Assembly (NCBI RefSeq): GCF_006345805.1
Contig: NC_043008.1
Span: forward strand, 55,056,001-55,120,000
DNA length: 64,000 nt
DNA from: Octopus sinensis
Taxonomy: Eukaryota
Reading direction: 5' to 3'
Below, in pieces: positions 42,809 through 55,278 of this stretch. The notes under the pieces were generated by a model. The model was given only the letters and a program-made list of their open reading frames with translations, ran no database searches and had not been told where the DNA came from. The stretch's first letter is position 1, and each line of letters opens with the position of its first letter. The position numbers and the translations under genes were made by a program.

Positions 42809-43719
42809 CATACATACTTTCGAATGTAATCAGCAGACTTATTGATGTATAAAATTCAAAAATTTATTTATTGTATTCCTTGTCTACTTTTAAATGTACT
42901 ATATACATGTATGTATGAGTGTGCACGTATGTATATGTGTGAAAACACTTGGTCACTATTTTATCATTTATGTTTTATCCTTAAAGAAGAAAATGTAATA
43001 AGGACAGGTAAAAATGTGCTTAGTATTCAACAATTTATTGGAAATGCAACATTGTTTTACTGCAGTCTACCTAAAAACGTCGGAAAATAATCTTTTCACG
43101 AATTTTTTCCTTTGAAAAAATAAAAATACTTAACCATGGTAATTTGATACGCATTAATATATTCTTCTTTCGTTGCCTTTGCCTGTAACTGTCTATAGTT
43201 ATGAAGTTCGTTAGGATCGATATTCATCACAAATAGTTTAAATTTCGTATTCGAGAAACATAACATAAAATTATTTTACAGTCACTCCTTTAATTTGTGG
43301 TACATTTCATCGACTCAGCTTCGTCTTCTTTGTATGCCCGCTTGTTGATCTACATTAAGAATGTCCTGAGAGTTAGTCCTTTCGAATAGGATTCAAATAA
43401 ATCGTGAACATCTATATCGTCTATTTTTACGAAACCAAGCTTTATTCCAATGTTAAGTATTTCTTCAAAAAAATTCCTCTGTTAGTGTGTCATTGAAATA
43501 TTAAGCACACTGAAATCAAATATGTTGGTTTTCACATTTCCCCACGATTCAAGAATATTTTAAATGGCGTTTTTTTAAAAATATATTAAACAGGTTCACA
43601 AATTCTACCAATGAACAATGGTAAAATATGTTGCAGTTTGTCACTTTCCCCCAAGATTTACAAATATTTTTAATGGCAACTTTTATATTAAACTGTTTCA
43701 CAAATTCTGCCAATGAAAT

Positions 43720-46115
43720 TCAAGAACATTTATCTTTTTTAGGAGTTCTCTTGAATGATGAACATGAAGAAGGCTCAGATGAACTACTCTCGTGACCGTC
43801 GCGAATAGTTTGGGTAATATCAGGTATGATACATGCTGAAAGATTATCCGTAATACTTTTCTGACAGTCTGAACTTTCACATGAACTAGGTTCTTTCTCT
43901 GTTTTTCGAAAATTATTAAACACGCATTTCAATTTACTCTTTCGTTGGCAATCCTTAGATAATTTCGGAGACTTTTCGCACGGGTGTTTCACTGACTCCT
44001 CACCACATTTCCCTTTATATATTCTTCTACCATATTCCTCTAATATAGAATTCCTTTCTTCTTGGACGGGGTCTGGCAATTCGGACTGATCTGATGATAT
44101 TGTTTGACATGATGCTCTTTTCAAAGCACGGTGCAAACAAAAGTTGTCATCGCCTTCTTTGACCATTTCAACAGTTGTTTCTAACTTGTCCCACGTTATA
44201 TCCTTTTTCTTTTTATTTATCTTGTTTCGTGCTAAAAACCAATGAAAGACAATAAATGGCAAGTAAAAGAAGAATAATAAATTCAGAGCACCCATTGTCT
44301 TGTACTGCAAAGCACGCACTCTTTCTTTAGTTTTCGGATGCACTGGGTAACCGTCTTCATCGTACTCTACTGCTTTTTGCTGAAGATCTTTTTCGAGATA
44401 TTCACACTGAAAGCTACTTGTTATAAAAACACATAGCCCTGCTTCGCCAACGGGAATTGGGAAGCAAAAGCCAAAAGAGAATTTTAGTAAATTGAGTAGC
44501 ATAAGTAGAAATAAAATTGTGCACACAATAACCCAGAGTTTCTCATGAGGAAAGTCTTTGACAGGAGATTCAGTGGTGGTTCTCTTGTCTATCATTTCGC
44601 ATGTATATGGTTGATCACAAATACATTTACAACCGACTAAACATATGCATATTTTGCTTTCTTCTAAAATAATTTCTTTTGATTGCGTTGTTTTCTCATC
44701 TTCATTCAACAATTCTATTCGACACAGCGATGGTAACAGTTTTTTATTGGTGTTTTTAGAGGTAGTGTTCGCGCTTTCTTTTTCAATAGTTAATTCAATA
44801 TTCTGATAAAATCTCACTATTTGTCCTTGAAATGGCATCAATATTAAAGTCTTGAACTGATTTTTCGGTTCACAGTTTAATGATATTTTAAAGCTTCCTG
44901 TAACTAGCCCTATGTTAAGAATACTTACTCCAATCTCATACTGGGTGTCATAATTTGTAAATGGATGGCTGTATATAGTTCTGATAGAACCTTTACCTAT
45001 TAATGGAATTGCAAAAGGAAAAAGGTTTTTATTGAGATTTATAATAATTTCCAGCTTCGCTTTATCTGAACGCTTTGGATTAGCTACAAATAACAATGTC
45101 GTACTAGATTTCCAGCCAGGAATTTTCCCAATATAAGGGGCTACAGGTAAGGCAAACCTCGATAGAAAATATTTTGATTTCTTTATATTGCCACCGCTGA
45201 TTTTTATCTCCTCATTTTTGTCATACTGAGTTTTGGAGCAATCTTTTACAAAGGTGTCTGAACATCTGTCGCTCTTTCTTGTAACAGAACCGATAGATAT
45301 TCCAGTTGTAGCGCACACTATTCCTTTTATATCAAAATCTTTCTTCTTAATAAGCAAGTATTCACGAACACCTTCCAATATCTGTAGACTGACGTTTGAT
45401 GGCATTCTTGAAAGAGGTACCAATAAATAATTAACTTTGGACAAAATGGGTTTTTACAAGCAGAAGAAGTAGTGTTAGCCAGATTATGAACGCGGGCCGT
45501 GAAATAAAGTTTATCGTCTTCCTTCTCGATAGTTTTGCCGTTGACAAGAAAACGATTGCTTTCGGCGATTTTTTTCTTTAGAACATCTGATTCGCCGCCT
45601 GCTTCCTTTGTGAAGACCTCCATTTTTATACCCTGAATGATTACAGGGTCGTCGAGCGTATTAATAGAATACCATAAAGGATCATAGAAAATACAACGAA
45701 TCTGAACACTTTCAGGACAACAGTACCCTTTGACCTTGTACGAATTGCTGTCTGAATTAGTCTGCTGGCAGAAATAGTCCATATTTCCATTTTTAGTACA
45801 GGTTTCGTTGAAAACTATTTCGTATGGGCGATTGTTGACAAATTGCAAAAATTGAATGGGATAACCGATCTTTGAGCTGGGAACGTAAAGGCGCAGAGTT
45901 ACTGAATCTTCGAAAAAATAAAATTTCTTGGTCGATAAATCAATCATGGTTTCAATGTTAAAAAAGCGATCCAATTTCTGCTGTTCGGGACTTTCCAGGT
46001 CTATCAGAAGTTGTACGGTCAGATACGTATCGGAATCTGAACTTAGTTGTTCTTCGTCTGAATGTTGTAGAAGGACGGTTAAAACATATGTGCTTAGCAA
46101 TGTCTGTAGCTTCAT
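43720..46115 (-). pseudogene. HAP2: Second intronless HAP2/GCS1-like paralogue with a short tail (~798 aa if repaired), one 1-bp deletion at 45431-45432; pseudogene or assembly error
   Basis: ORFs 45327..46292 and 43720..45444 are collinear with the N-terminal part of copy 1. Copy 1 reads TTA AAT TAT TTA TTG and copy 2 reads TTA AT TAT TTA TTG. ATG at 46115. No other lesion was seen. Confidence 0.8.
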
Positions 46116-47209
46116 AATTCCACCATAATTAATGAAATTTAAATCGTCAACAATATTTGATTGGATGAGCGAGACAGAGGAATATAGAAAAATATAACAT
46201 GAAGAAATATATAATTGTATATATACCGAATTATGCAAATAAGCACACGAGAAATGAAAACCAAAAAGCTTACTGATTTTATATATCTTCAAAAAGCGGG
46301 ATCTTATCTATTATGTTCATTTTAATATTCATCCTTCATGAAAATGTCAGACAGTTGGCAATATCGCGTTTGTTTAGCGTCATTCTTTTTGAAACAACTT
46401 ATTTCCTCTCAACGCTATTACTTTGAATTTGACTCCCTGTTGATAAAGATCGGTTCTGATTAAATGTACACCATGGATTAATATTACTGATTTCAACATC
46501 GGTGGAATAGATACCGGAAAGGAGTCATTAGCTGTAACTCTTTAATTTTACTATTTAAAGTTCTCTTACACATGATAATATTTACGTTTACTTCTATGCT
46601 GATATGAACGCACGTGAGTGTGTTGTTCTTCTTTAGTTCAAGGTACTGCAGACTTATGACCAAAAACATTCCAGTAATGACTAACCCCCCAACTTTTTTT
46701 GCAGTCATTATATTTAATACATACTATATTATCCTCTGTTATTTTTGATATTATCCAAGATATTATTCAAGATATTATTTGAGACATTTTCCCCGCTAAT
46801 TCTAACAGTTCATGCGAACAAACAGACGTTTTTGTTGATTCGTGTGTATGTATGTGTACGTCTGTGTGTGTGTATAACTACGAAATGAAGCTTATTCCAA
46901 TATTTTAATTCAGTACTTATACATAGCGAAAAAAAAAAAAACAAAGAAAGAAACTAAAAGCAAACATTCATGATATTCGTTAGATCAACCATTCTGTCTC
47001 ATACTGTTCTTTCCTGAGGCGCAGTGCTTTCATTCCAATTTGATGGAAGAGAATGACACTTCAAGGACAAAAGTTAGCTGCGGTTTCAACAGCTACCGAC
47101 GCAAAAAAGGAATTTGTCCTTTTATGCCCAGAACCCAATAAAGACTGCGCACATGTTGCACCTAATTAATTATTATCGAGCCCTGTTTATGTTGAAGAAC
47201 TGTATCGTT

Positions 47210-47322
47210 CTACCTAAAGAATACGCACACCCGGTGTTTGGAGTTAGGGTTAGGTTTTAGGGTTTGGGTTAGGGTTAGGGTTTTTGTTACGCTGAAAACG
47301 GGTGGTGTACGTATTCTTTACC
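47210..47322. repeat. Short inverted-repeat element enclosing TTAGGG-like repeats
   Basis: aaagaatacgcacacccg pairs with cgggtggtgtacgtattcttt around degenerate (TTAGGG)n. Confidence 0.55.
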
Positions 47323-47498
47323 TCTGCCAAATTCTTCTTTGGCTGCGCAGCGCACCATGTTAGGACATCTCGACAAACCAGATGCCACTATCCGTTCGTC
47401 TACGCAGTTCATCTGCAACATTGTTTTTCACAACACTTGCAGGCAGCATGTGGAGCTTTTTTGTGAGATTCGGCAACCTCTGTCCTCGTTCAGCATCT

Positions 47499-47767
47499 GG
47501 TACTACTTAAGAAGAGTGGTCCCGGTGCGTGCACTCGCGTACTCGCGCATCCGCGCTAGCTAGTCGTGACTAATTGATCCTACAACGACTACCTAGCAAA
47601 AGTAATTAAAACACAAAATAAATAATTTTTTTTTACACAAAGTAAATAGTTTTTTTTAAAACAAAGTAAATAAAACACAAAGTAAGGATCGACTAGTCAC
47701 GACTAGCTAGCGCGGATGCACGAGTACGCGAGTGCGCGCACCGGGACCACTCTTGTTAAGTAGTACC
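47499..47767. mobile_element. Merlin-like MITE, family G, ~82-bp TIRs, 8-bp TSD
   Basis: TIRs GGTACTAC.. and ..GTAGTACC. TSD cagcatct at 47491-47498 and 47768-47775. A lone arm of this family lies at ~54146-54216. Confidence 0.85.
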
Positions 47768-48894
47768 CAGCATCTGACTTAAAGTTGCCGGCTCCCCTCT
47801 CCATCCGCGAGGTTCCCCATAACACATTTGGGCCTCGCATGGACAACGGGTCAGCAATATAGGCTGGGGTGTGCGGCCTGTACAGGGCGGACACTTTATA
47901 TACGTGTTTGCTGTAGTCGAAGGTATGTTATGTTGAAAAAAGCTTCAAATGTCTGGAAGCTTTTCTAGGGAAAACAAACGAGGTGTTGGAACTATATTTT
48001 GATGCATAGTGGGACTGTGTAGAGCAAACACGTAAGAAGATGGAATACAAAAGCCTCGAAAACCTACTCAGAAGTTTCCAAATGTCTGACAAGTGTTAAA
48101 TGGATTTTCCTGGTATGTCAGTAGCAGTGGGTGCTCGCAGATAAAGTTAGTGGGGATGCTGCTTCAGAAAAATTTTAGCCGTTGTTTTAGTATTGTGTAA
48201 AAGGTGTTGTGTGTAGTTTGCGTTCTGATGGGATAGACAACCAAATGAAAACCATTGTTATGGTTACGTGTTTATTGACTATTCATGATACACGGACGAC
48301 GACATTCAGCGTAGTGATACATTATATACTTTACACACAGTTGTACTATTCACTAACAAAATAGTGCCAAGAGTGGGGATGTAGTTTGGCATACGCAAAC
48401 ACATAGATATGAATGTGTAACAAAAGGAAACAAACATATAAAAAGAAAATTTATACATAAACTTGATCGGTTCGTGTTTTAGTCATTGCCGGGTAGTGTG
48501 TTTAATTTGTTCACTGAACACCGCCGCAAATTCCCCTTTGTTTTTCAAAAATCCCCACTAAATCACAAAATAAGGGGGTGGAAATCTGCCCAATTTTTCA
48601 AATCCTGACAGCAACACTGTAGCTGGAAGCAGGAAAATAATCTAATTCTACACTTTATCACATTCAAGAATATAAACACGTTTTTGAGCATAACACACCC
48701 GGAGTCAAAAAGAAACACTAGCTTTCTCCGGATCACCGGGGCCGGCACTGTCGTTCACAGAGCTCTCTCTCCTTAGCGAGCAGCTTCCTATTTCGGGCAT
48801 GTGAGCATGCGCACAACAGCCAAACACCGCGATGCTGGAACTGTGAAGCGTACAGTTCTATACAAGGATTTTTGTATTTTTCTTTTTCTTTCTT

Positions 48895-49283
48895 TTTCCT
48901 TGTTTCAGTTATTTTGACTGCGGCCATGCTGGAGCACCGCCTTTAATCGAGCAACTCGACCCCGGGACTTATTCTTTTGTAAGTACTTATTCTATCGGTC
49001 TCTTTTGCCGAACCGCTAAGTAACGGGGACATAAACACACCAGCATCGGTTGTCAAACAATGCTAGGGGGACAAACACAAACACACAAACATACACACAC
49101 ATATATATATATACATATATACGACAGGCTTCTTTCAGTTTCCGTCTACCAAATCCACTCACAAGGCATTGGTCGGCCCGAGGCTATAGTAGAAGACACC
49201 TGCCCAAGGTGCCACGCAGTGGGACTGAACCCGGAACCATGTGGTTGGTTAGCAAGCTACTTACCACACAGCCACTCCTGCGT
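48895..49283 (-). mobile_element. SINE family A
   Basis: Match to the other family A copies. Confidence 0.85.
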
Positions 49284-50324
49284 CTTCAGCATCTGGAGAC
49301 ATTGTATGTTTTTTTTCATAAACTAGGGGATGGCTACTGACATTAAGCTTAAGGATTATATAATGTACAAGTATAAAGAAAAGATTAAAGAAAAAAAGGA
49401 CTCATTATATTGAATGTCATCGATAATATCGAGTGGAAACAGGGTGTGCTGCAATTTCGCAGTGCCTATACACGGGCCGCCGCTGGTCAGTAGAAACGTG
49501 GAGCAACCACAACGGATCATACGCATCGAATGTGAATAGAGTGTTTGTCAGGCTAGCGAGTAAAGTCCCTGTCTACGAGTCTTATCTAAGTTGATCGAGA
49601 AAATTAGGAATTTGAGGTCTGAGGAGCACAACTAGGAGTTGTGGACAGTGAAAGATGTCCACAGTTCAACTTGATCGGCGACACAGGCCTCAAACTCATG
49701 ATTGGAGTGGAGGGGTAACTAGTCAGCAATTTAGAAGACGTGGTTAGTAAATACATCGTGCTAACCTGCTAGCATCGAGAATGGTCCTTTATTGTTTCTT
49801 CAACGCAAAACATATAGCTACTTTGTTAGAGCTAAGATTCGTGCCCTAAAACACGAAAAAGAAAATACTGCAAGCACTCGTTCAGTATCCGGGCATTGTA
49901 GTGCTTTGTTGAAGAGCTGTTGTTGTCTTCTTCTTCTTCTTCTCCTCCTCCTCCTCCTCATCATCATCATCTTCACCACCACCACCACCACCACAACCAT
50001 CATCATCACTATTCTTCTTCTTATTATTATTATTATCAGGACTCACGCCATTAGCCACAAAAAATAATCTCTAATTCGAGCCTACTCAAAGATCTTCAAG
50101 TTGCCACAGGCAACTTGAAGATCCACCCACCACACGCGATAGACTGGCGGTTGCACGGGCGCGAAAGCTACGTTGTTATCCTCATTCCGTAAACTGTGGC
50201 TTTTAACGGGTGGAGAGCTGAACCATCCTGGGGTACAGAGGATTCGCATTCTAGACTAGGGTCTGAAAGTTTACCACACCATAGTGGGTTACACCATGAT
50301 TCCTCTGCTTTGTGGAAGAAGTAG

Positions 50325-50510
50325 GAAGAAAGAGTGAGAGAAAGTTGTGGTGAAAGAGTACAGCAGGGTTCACTACTAGCCCCCGCCAGAGCATCCTGGA
50401 GCTTAGGTGTTTTTGCTCAATAAACACTCACAATGCCCGGTCTGGGAATCGAAACCGCGTCCTTACGACCGCGAGTCCGCTGCCCTAACCACTGGACCAT
50501 TGCACCTCCA
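50325..50510 (-). mobile_element. SINE family B, 5' part
   Basis: Match to the head of the 37823-38210 copy. Confidence 0.75.
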
Positions 50511-50879
50511 CAGCAGCTGTTGTTGCGTGTAGGACGGATCCAACTATCAATGGAGTTCTTCGTGACGATTGCAATGCTTTCTTATAACTATAATTTCCTT
50601 CTAGAAGGTTGTGTAGTGAAGGAGGTTGAAAGGTCTGAGGGCAGAGACTTTCTACTTTCGAAGATTCCTCATCGACTTTTTCTTGTTGACTGGGACCTGG
50701 GACTAAGTTTCAGCTGAGCAGGTTATTCAGTCAGTAAGACATTGGAAAGGCTGTTAGTGAAGTGAAGTTCAAAGAAGTGCAGTAGTTTGGATTTATGAAA
50801 TGAAGAAAAACAAATTATGCAATTTTTATGCAAGGCAATTACAGAAATAAAGGGACACGAGGAAGATGATGCTTCGTTT

Positions 50880-51015
50880 TGATCTGGGGAAAGCTTTTGA
50901 TAAAATTCCACTTGAAATAGTGACATGAGTGCTGACAGACGAGTGATGGTTTGAGTAGCGATGTCTGTGTGAAAGCACATGGTGTAAGGATGAAAAGTGA
51001 GCTTGGAGTGAAGGT
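50880..51015 (+). mobile_element. RTE-type RT relic
   Basis: gatctggggaaagcttttgataaaattcca translates as DLGKAFDKIP. Confidence 0.45.
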
Positions 51016-51154
51016 CGGACAGCGACAAGAGGAAAGTATGAGACCTAATACTACCTGAATATATAAGGAAAGTTCAGCTTAGAACGAAAATTTACCAACG
51101 AAATTGTTGTACACCGGTCCTAAAACCAATTTACAACGTAAAAAATATCAGTGT

Positions 51155-51745
51155 AGATGCTGGTGCTACGTAAAAAGCATCTAGTACACTGTGAAGTGGT
51201 TGGCGTTAGGAAGGGCATCCAGCTGTAGATGGGGATCTTTTTGGTTTGAACGGCAGCTTTTAACATAATTTCTAGGTAACTAAGAAATTTTAAACTTCGT
51301 ATACTGGTAGAATGTGTTTATAAAACATCATTTTCTCTTGGCTTTCTTGAGAAAATTCTGTATTTTGTAACATATTTCGTCTTTAATTTCTTGCATTTCG
51401 GCAATTTTAACCAACCACTGACGTCCATTTAGGTAAACAACATTCTGTTCCGTATGAATATGTTCCTCGTTTAAGAAACAGATTGGGTTTATTTACATTT
51501 CTGAAGAAAAAAAGATACCCCCCCCAACCCTAACCCTAAAACAGCTAGAAATGCAATAGATCGATACTAGGGTCATAATTATGGGTGACGATTTCATACG
51601 ACACCTCAAGAAAAAAACTGCCGTTCAAACCGAAAAGATCCGACAATGGAACTTGGCACATCCCCGGGCCTTGCCAGTTCCTGTCAAGCCGTCCAACCCA
51701 TGCCAGCTTGGAAAACGGACGTTAAATGTTGATGATGATGATGAG
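51155..51745 (+). mobile_element. Retroelement 3' tail ending (GAT)n, split by a family D MITE at 51233-51641
   Basis: ggcgttaggaagggcatccagctgtaga ... ccaacccatgccagcttggaaaacggacgttaaatgttgatgatg. A related intact tail lies at 61470-61597. The MITE TSD is degenerate (5 of 8 bases match). Confidence 0.7.
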
Positions 51746-51869
51746 ATCATTTGGTGTTAATATGAAGGAGCATGGAAAGTTTGAATGAGAAGATAAATAG
51801 ATGTAAGGAATATATATTGAGTTTAAATATATTTCTTTCTTTTTTTTTTTTTTTTTTTTTTTTAAAGAC

Positions 51870-52806
51870 TCCGCCGGTTACGACGACGAGGGTTCCGGTT
51901 GATCCGAATCAGCGGAACAGCTTGCTCGTGAAATTAACGTGCAAATGGCTGAGCATTCCACAGACACGTGTACCCTTAACGTAGTTCTCGGGGATAATCA
52001 GCGTGACACAGAGAGTGACAAGGCTGACCCTTTGAAATACAAGTACAACTCATTTTTGCCAGCTGAGTGGACTGGAGCAACGTGAAATAAAGTGTCTTGC
52101 TCAAGGACACAACGCGTCGCCGGGAATCGAACTCACAACCTTACGATCATGAGCCGAATGCCCTAACCACTAAGCCACGCGCCCTCACATATTTCTTTAC
52201 TACCCACAAGGTAAACACAGAGGGGACAATCAAGGACAGACAAATGGATTAAGTCGATTATATCGACCCCAGTGTGTAACTGGTACTTAATTTATCGACT
52301 CCGAAAGGATGAAAGGCTAACTCGACCTCGACGGAATTTGAACTCAGACGAAATATGGCTAAGCATTTCGTCCGGCGTACTAAAGTTTCTGCCATTTAAC
52401 GGACGTTAAATGTTGATGATGATGATGAGATCATTTGGTGTTAATATGAAGGAGCATGGAAAGTTTGAATGAGAAGATAAATAGATGTAAGGAATATATC
52501 ACGTGATCACGTGACCGACCAGACCATCAGATGTAGTTACACATCGCTGGTCACAATGCGTTCGCATTGTTTTAGCCTTCGAATGACGCCACCCCGCTGG
52601 CTAAGCGAGCAGGCCAACAGAAGAAAGAGTGAGAGAAAGTGTGGTGAAAGAGTACAGCAGGGATCACCATCCCCTGCCGGAGCCTCGTGGAACTTTTTAG
52701 GTGTTTTTGCTCAATAAACACTCACAACGCCCGGTCTGGGAATCGAATCCGCGATCCTACGACCGCGAGTCCGCTGCCCTAACCACTGGGCCATTGCGCC
52801 TCCACA
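51870..52806 (-). mobile_element. SINE cluster: family B-related (51870-52187), family C (52190-52395) and family B (52500-52806)
   Basis: Matches to other copies. TSD aaggaatatat flanks 52500-52806. Confidence 0.75.
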
Positions 52807-53182
52807 AGGAATATATATTGAGTTTAAATAGGATGACGAGAAGAGGCATGTGGTAAGGTGGAAAGTAGAGGAAAGTGGTCAAGTGCAATGTGACAGGGTG
52901 TGTATTGGAGTAAATTTCATAAAAATTTCATACGTGCTGGCTGGGTTCATCGAAAGTGTAATATGTAAGAGGATTATTAATTAATGTGGCAGGGTTATTA
53001 ATTAAATTGTAAGGTGTAAAGTAGAGGGACCGTTGAGCTGGATCATGATTATGACGTGCGGACAGAAAGTGCGGAAACATTTTATTACTTAGGAAACACG
53101 TTGAATGGAAAAGATGTATCGTAACAAGCAATAGATGCCAGGAGAGATGTGGACGGAATGAGTCGAGGGGAATTGTGCAGCA

Positions 53183-53592
53183 TGAACGGCAGTTTTTTCT
53201 AGCAGTGTCATATGAAATTGTCACCCATAATTATGACCGTAGTATCGATCTATTGCATTTCAATCTGTTTTAGGGTTAGAGTTAGGGTTAGGGGTGGGGG
53301 GAAGGGTATCTTTTTTTCTTCAGAAATGAAAATAAACCCAATCTGTTTCTTAAACGAGGGACATATTCATACGGCACAGAATGTTTTCACCTCAATGGAC
53401 GTCATTGATTGGTTGAAATTGCAGAAATTGAAGAAAAAAAAACCAACAAATATCTTACAAACTATAGAATTTTCTCAATAAAGCCAAGAGAAAAAGATGT
53501 TTTATAAACGCATTCTACCAGTATACGAAGTTTAAATTTTTTTAGTTACGTGGAAATTATTTTAAAATCTGTCGGTCAAACAGAAAAGATCC
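53183..53592 (-). mobile_element. Merlin-like MITE, family D, one TIR truncated
   Basis: Body matches 34007-34428. Confidence 0.8.
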
Positions 53593-54466
53593 GAAGAATG
53601 TCATTAGAAATGAAGGAAAAGAGAGGTGAGAAGTTCTATGATTTCGGAAATGAAACATTGATAAATGAGGTGGAGCAACCGACTGGCTGTTGGTTCGTTT
53701 ACATCCCCATGATCTAGTCGTTCGTCAAAATAGACCAATAGAATGAGTACCAGTTCTAAGTTTGATATTGCTCGTCTTAACCCTTTAAATCAGTACCCGA
53801 GTATGGCCGCAGTCTGATGACTGGCGCAAATAAAAAAATAAAATTTGAAATATTCCCCCTCCCCTTTTCCGAACATTTTTGTTTTTGATTTTTTTTTTCT
53901 TCAAAATATTTTTTCAGATTTCTGCTTTACGATTATGCAAATATAGATTTTCACAAATTCAATTATTTGGTTAGGTTTCGTTTCGAATAAAAAAAAAATT
54001 TTTTTAGAAGTTTTTAAGGTGGGAGGAATAAAATTTTGATGTGGTTAATCGACAGCACCGATTCTAGTACTTGACTGGTACTTTTATTTATCGACCAGGA
54101 AGGATAAACAGTAAATTATTTATTTTGTGTTTTATTTACTTTGCTAGGGTAGTCATGACTAGCTAGCACGGATACGCGAGTACGCGCACCGGGACCACTC
54201 TTCTTACGTAGTACCAATCTTCGATGTTTAAAACATACAAATCCGAAGAGGTTACGGCTTTTGGTGATCTGGAAAATTTCCGACTCTATTCTTCAGGATT
54301 ACCAGCGACTCCCAAATATATAACAATTAGACACGAATAAAAAACGAAAGGTGACGGAAATTATAAAACTAGTTCGCACTGTGTCGCGTTTAGATAACGC
54401 CTGTGCTCAATATGAATACTCCCTCCAAACTCAACAAAATGAAAATATTTTCAATATTATGTAACC

Positions 54467-54634
54467 GAGTGGCTGTGTGGTAAGTAGCTTGTTTACCAAC
54501 CACATGGTTCCACGTTCAGTCCCACTGCGTGGCACCTTAGGCAAGTGTCTTCTACTATAGCCTCGAGCCGACCAAAGCCTTGTGAGTGGATTTGGTAGAC
54601 GGAAACTGAAAGAAGCCTGTCGTATATATGTGTA

Positions 54635-54696
<62 letters not shown>

Positions 54697-54865
54697 CGAG
54701 ATTAAACAGCCGAAATTGCTAAGATGATCCGGTTCCGACTGAAGATTAGAGGCTTCCAGTGACCCGTCTGTTTTTTTTTGTGTCGTCGCTTTGTGTGTTT
54801 TTGCGTTCTTGTCCCACTTTGTAATTTATATTTTATATTTAATTTCTATACATATATATATATAC

Positions 54866-54918
<53 letters not shown>

Positions 54919-55122
54919 TGTGTGTGTGTCTGTGTTTGTCCCCCTAGCATTGCTTGACAACCGATGCTGGTGTGTTTATGTCCCCGTTACTTAGAGGTTC
55001 GGCAAAAGAGACCGATAGAATAAGTACTGGGCTTACAAAAGAATAAGTCCCGGGGTCGAGTTGCTCGACTAAAGGCGGTGCACCAGCATGGCCGCAGTCA
55101 AATGACTGAAACAAGTAAAAGA
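54467..55122 (+). mobile_element. SINE family A with an extra insertion in its internal (TA)n
   Basis: Family A 5' and 3' halves are separated by an unrelated ~150-bp block at ~54693-54850. Confidence 0.8.
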
Positions 55123-55194
55123 GGAGAGAGAGAGAGACTATGACCGCTGTGCGAGCCGCTCGCTACTATAAATAATTACATGAAAGCCTCTAAT

Positions 55195-55278
55195 GCGGAA
55201 GTAAACTACCTTCACCGTGCAATAACTGAGTCGCTCTCTAGAAAAATTAAGTTGTAAAAGCTAAACCGGAAGTGACGT
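55195..55278 (+). promoter_or_regulatory. Candidate housekeeping promoter: ETS site plus overlapping ETS-CRE composite
   Basis: GCGGAAGT at 55195-55202 and CCGGAAGTGACGT at 55266-55278, ~2.2 kb upstream of the GOLIM4-like ATG. Confidence 0.45.

Noticed and set aside
45420-45445. Programmed ribosomal frameshift linking the two ORFs of copy 2
   Set aside because: No canonical slippery heptamer or downstream structure was seen, and alignment to copy 1 explains it as a simple 1-bp deletion.
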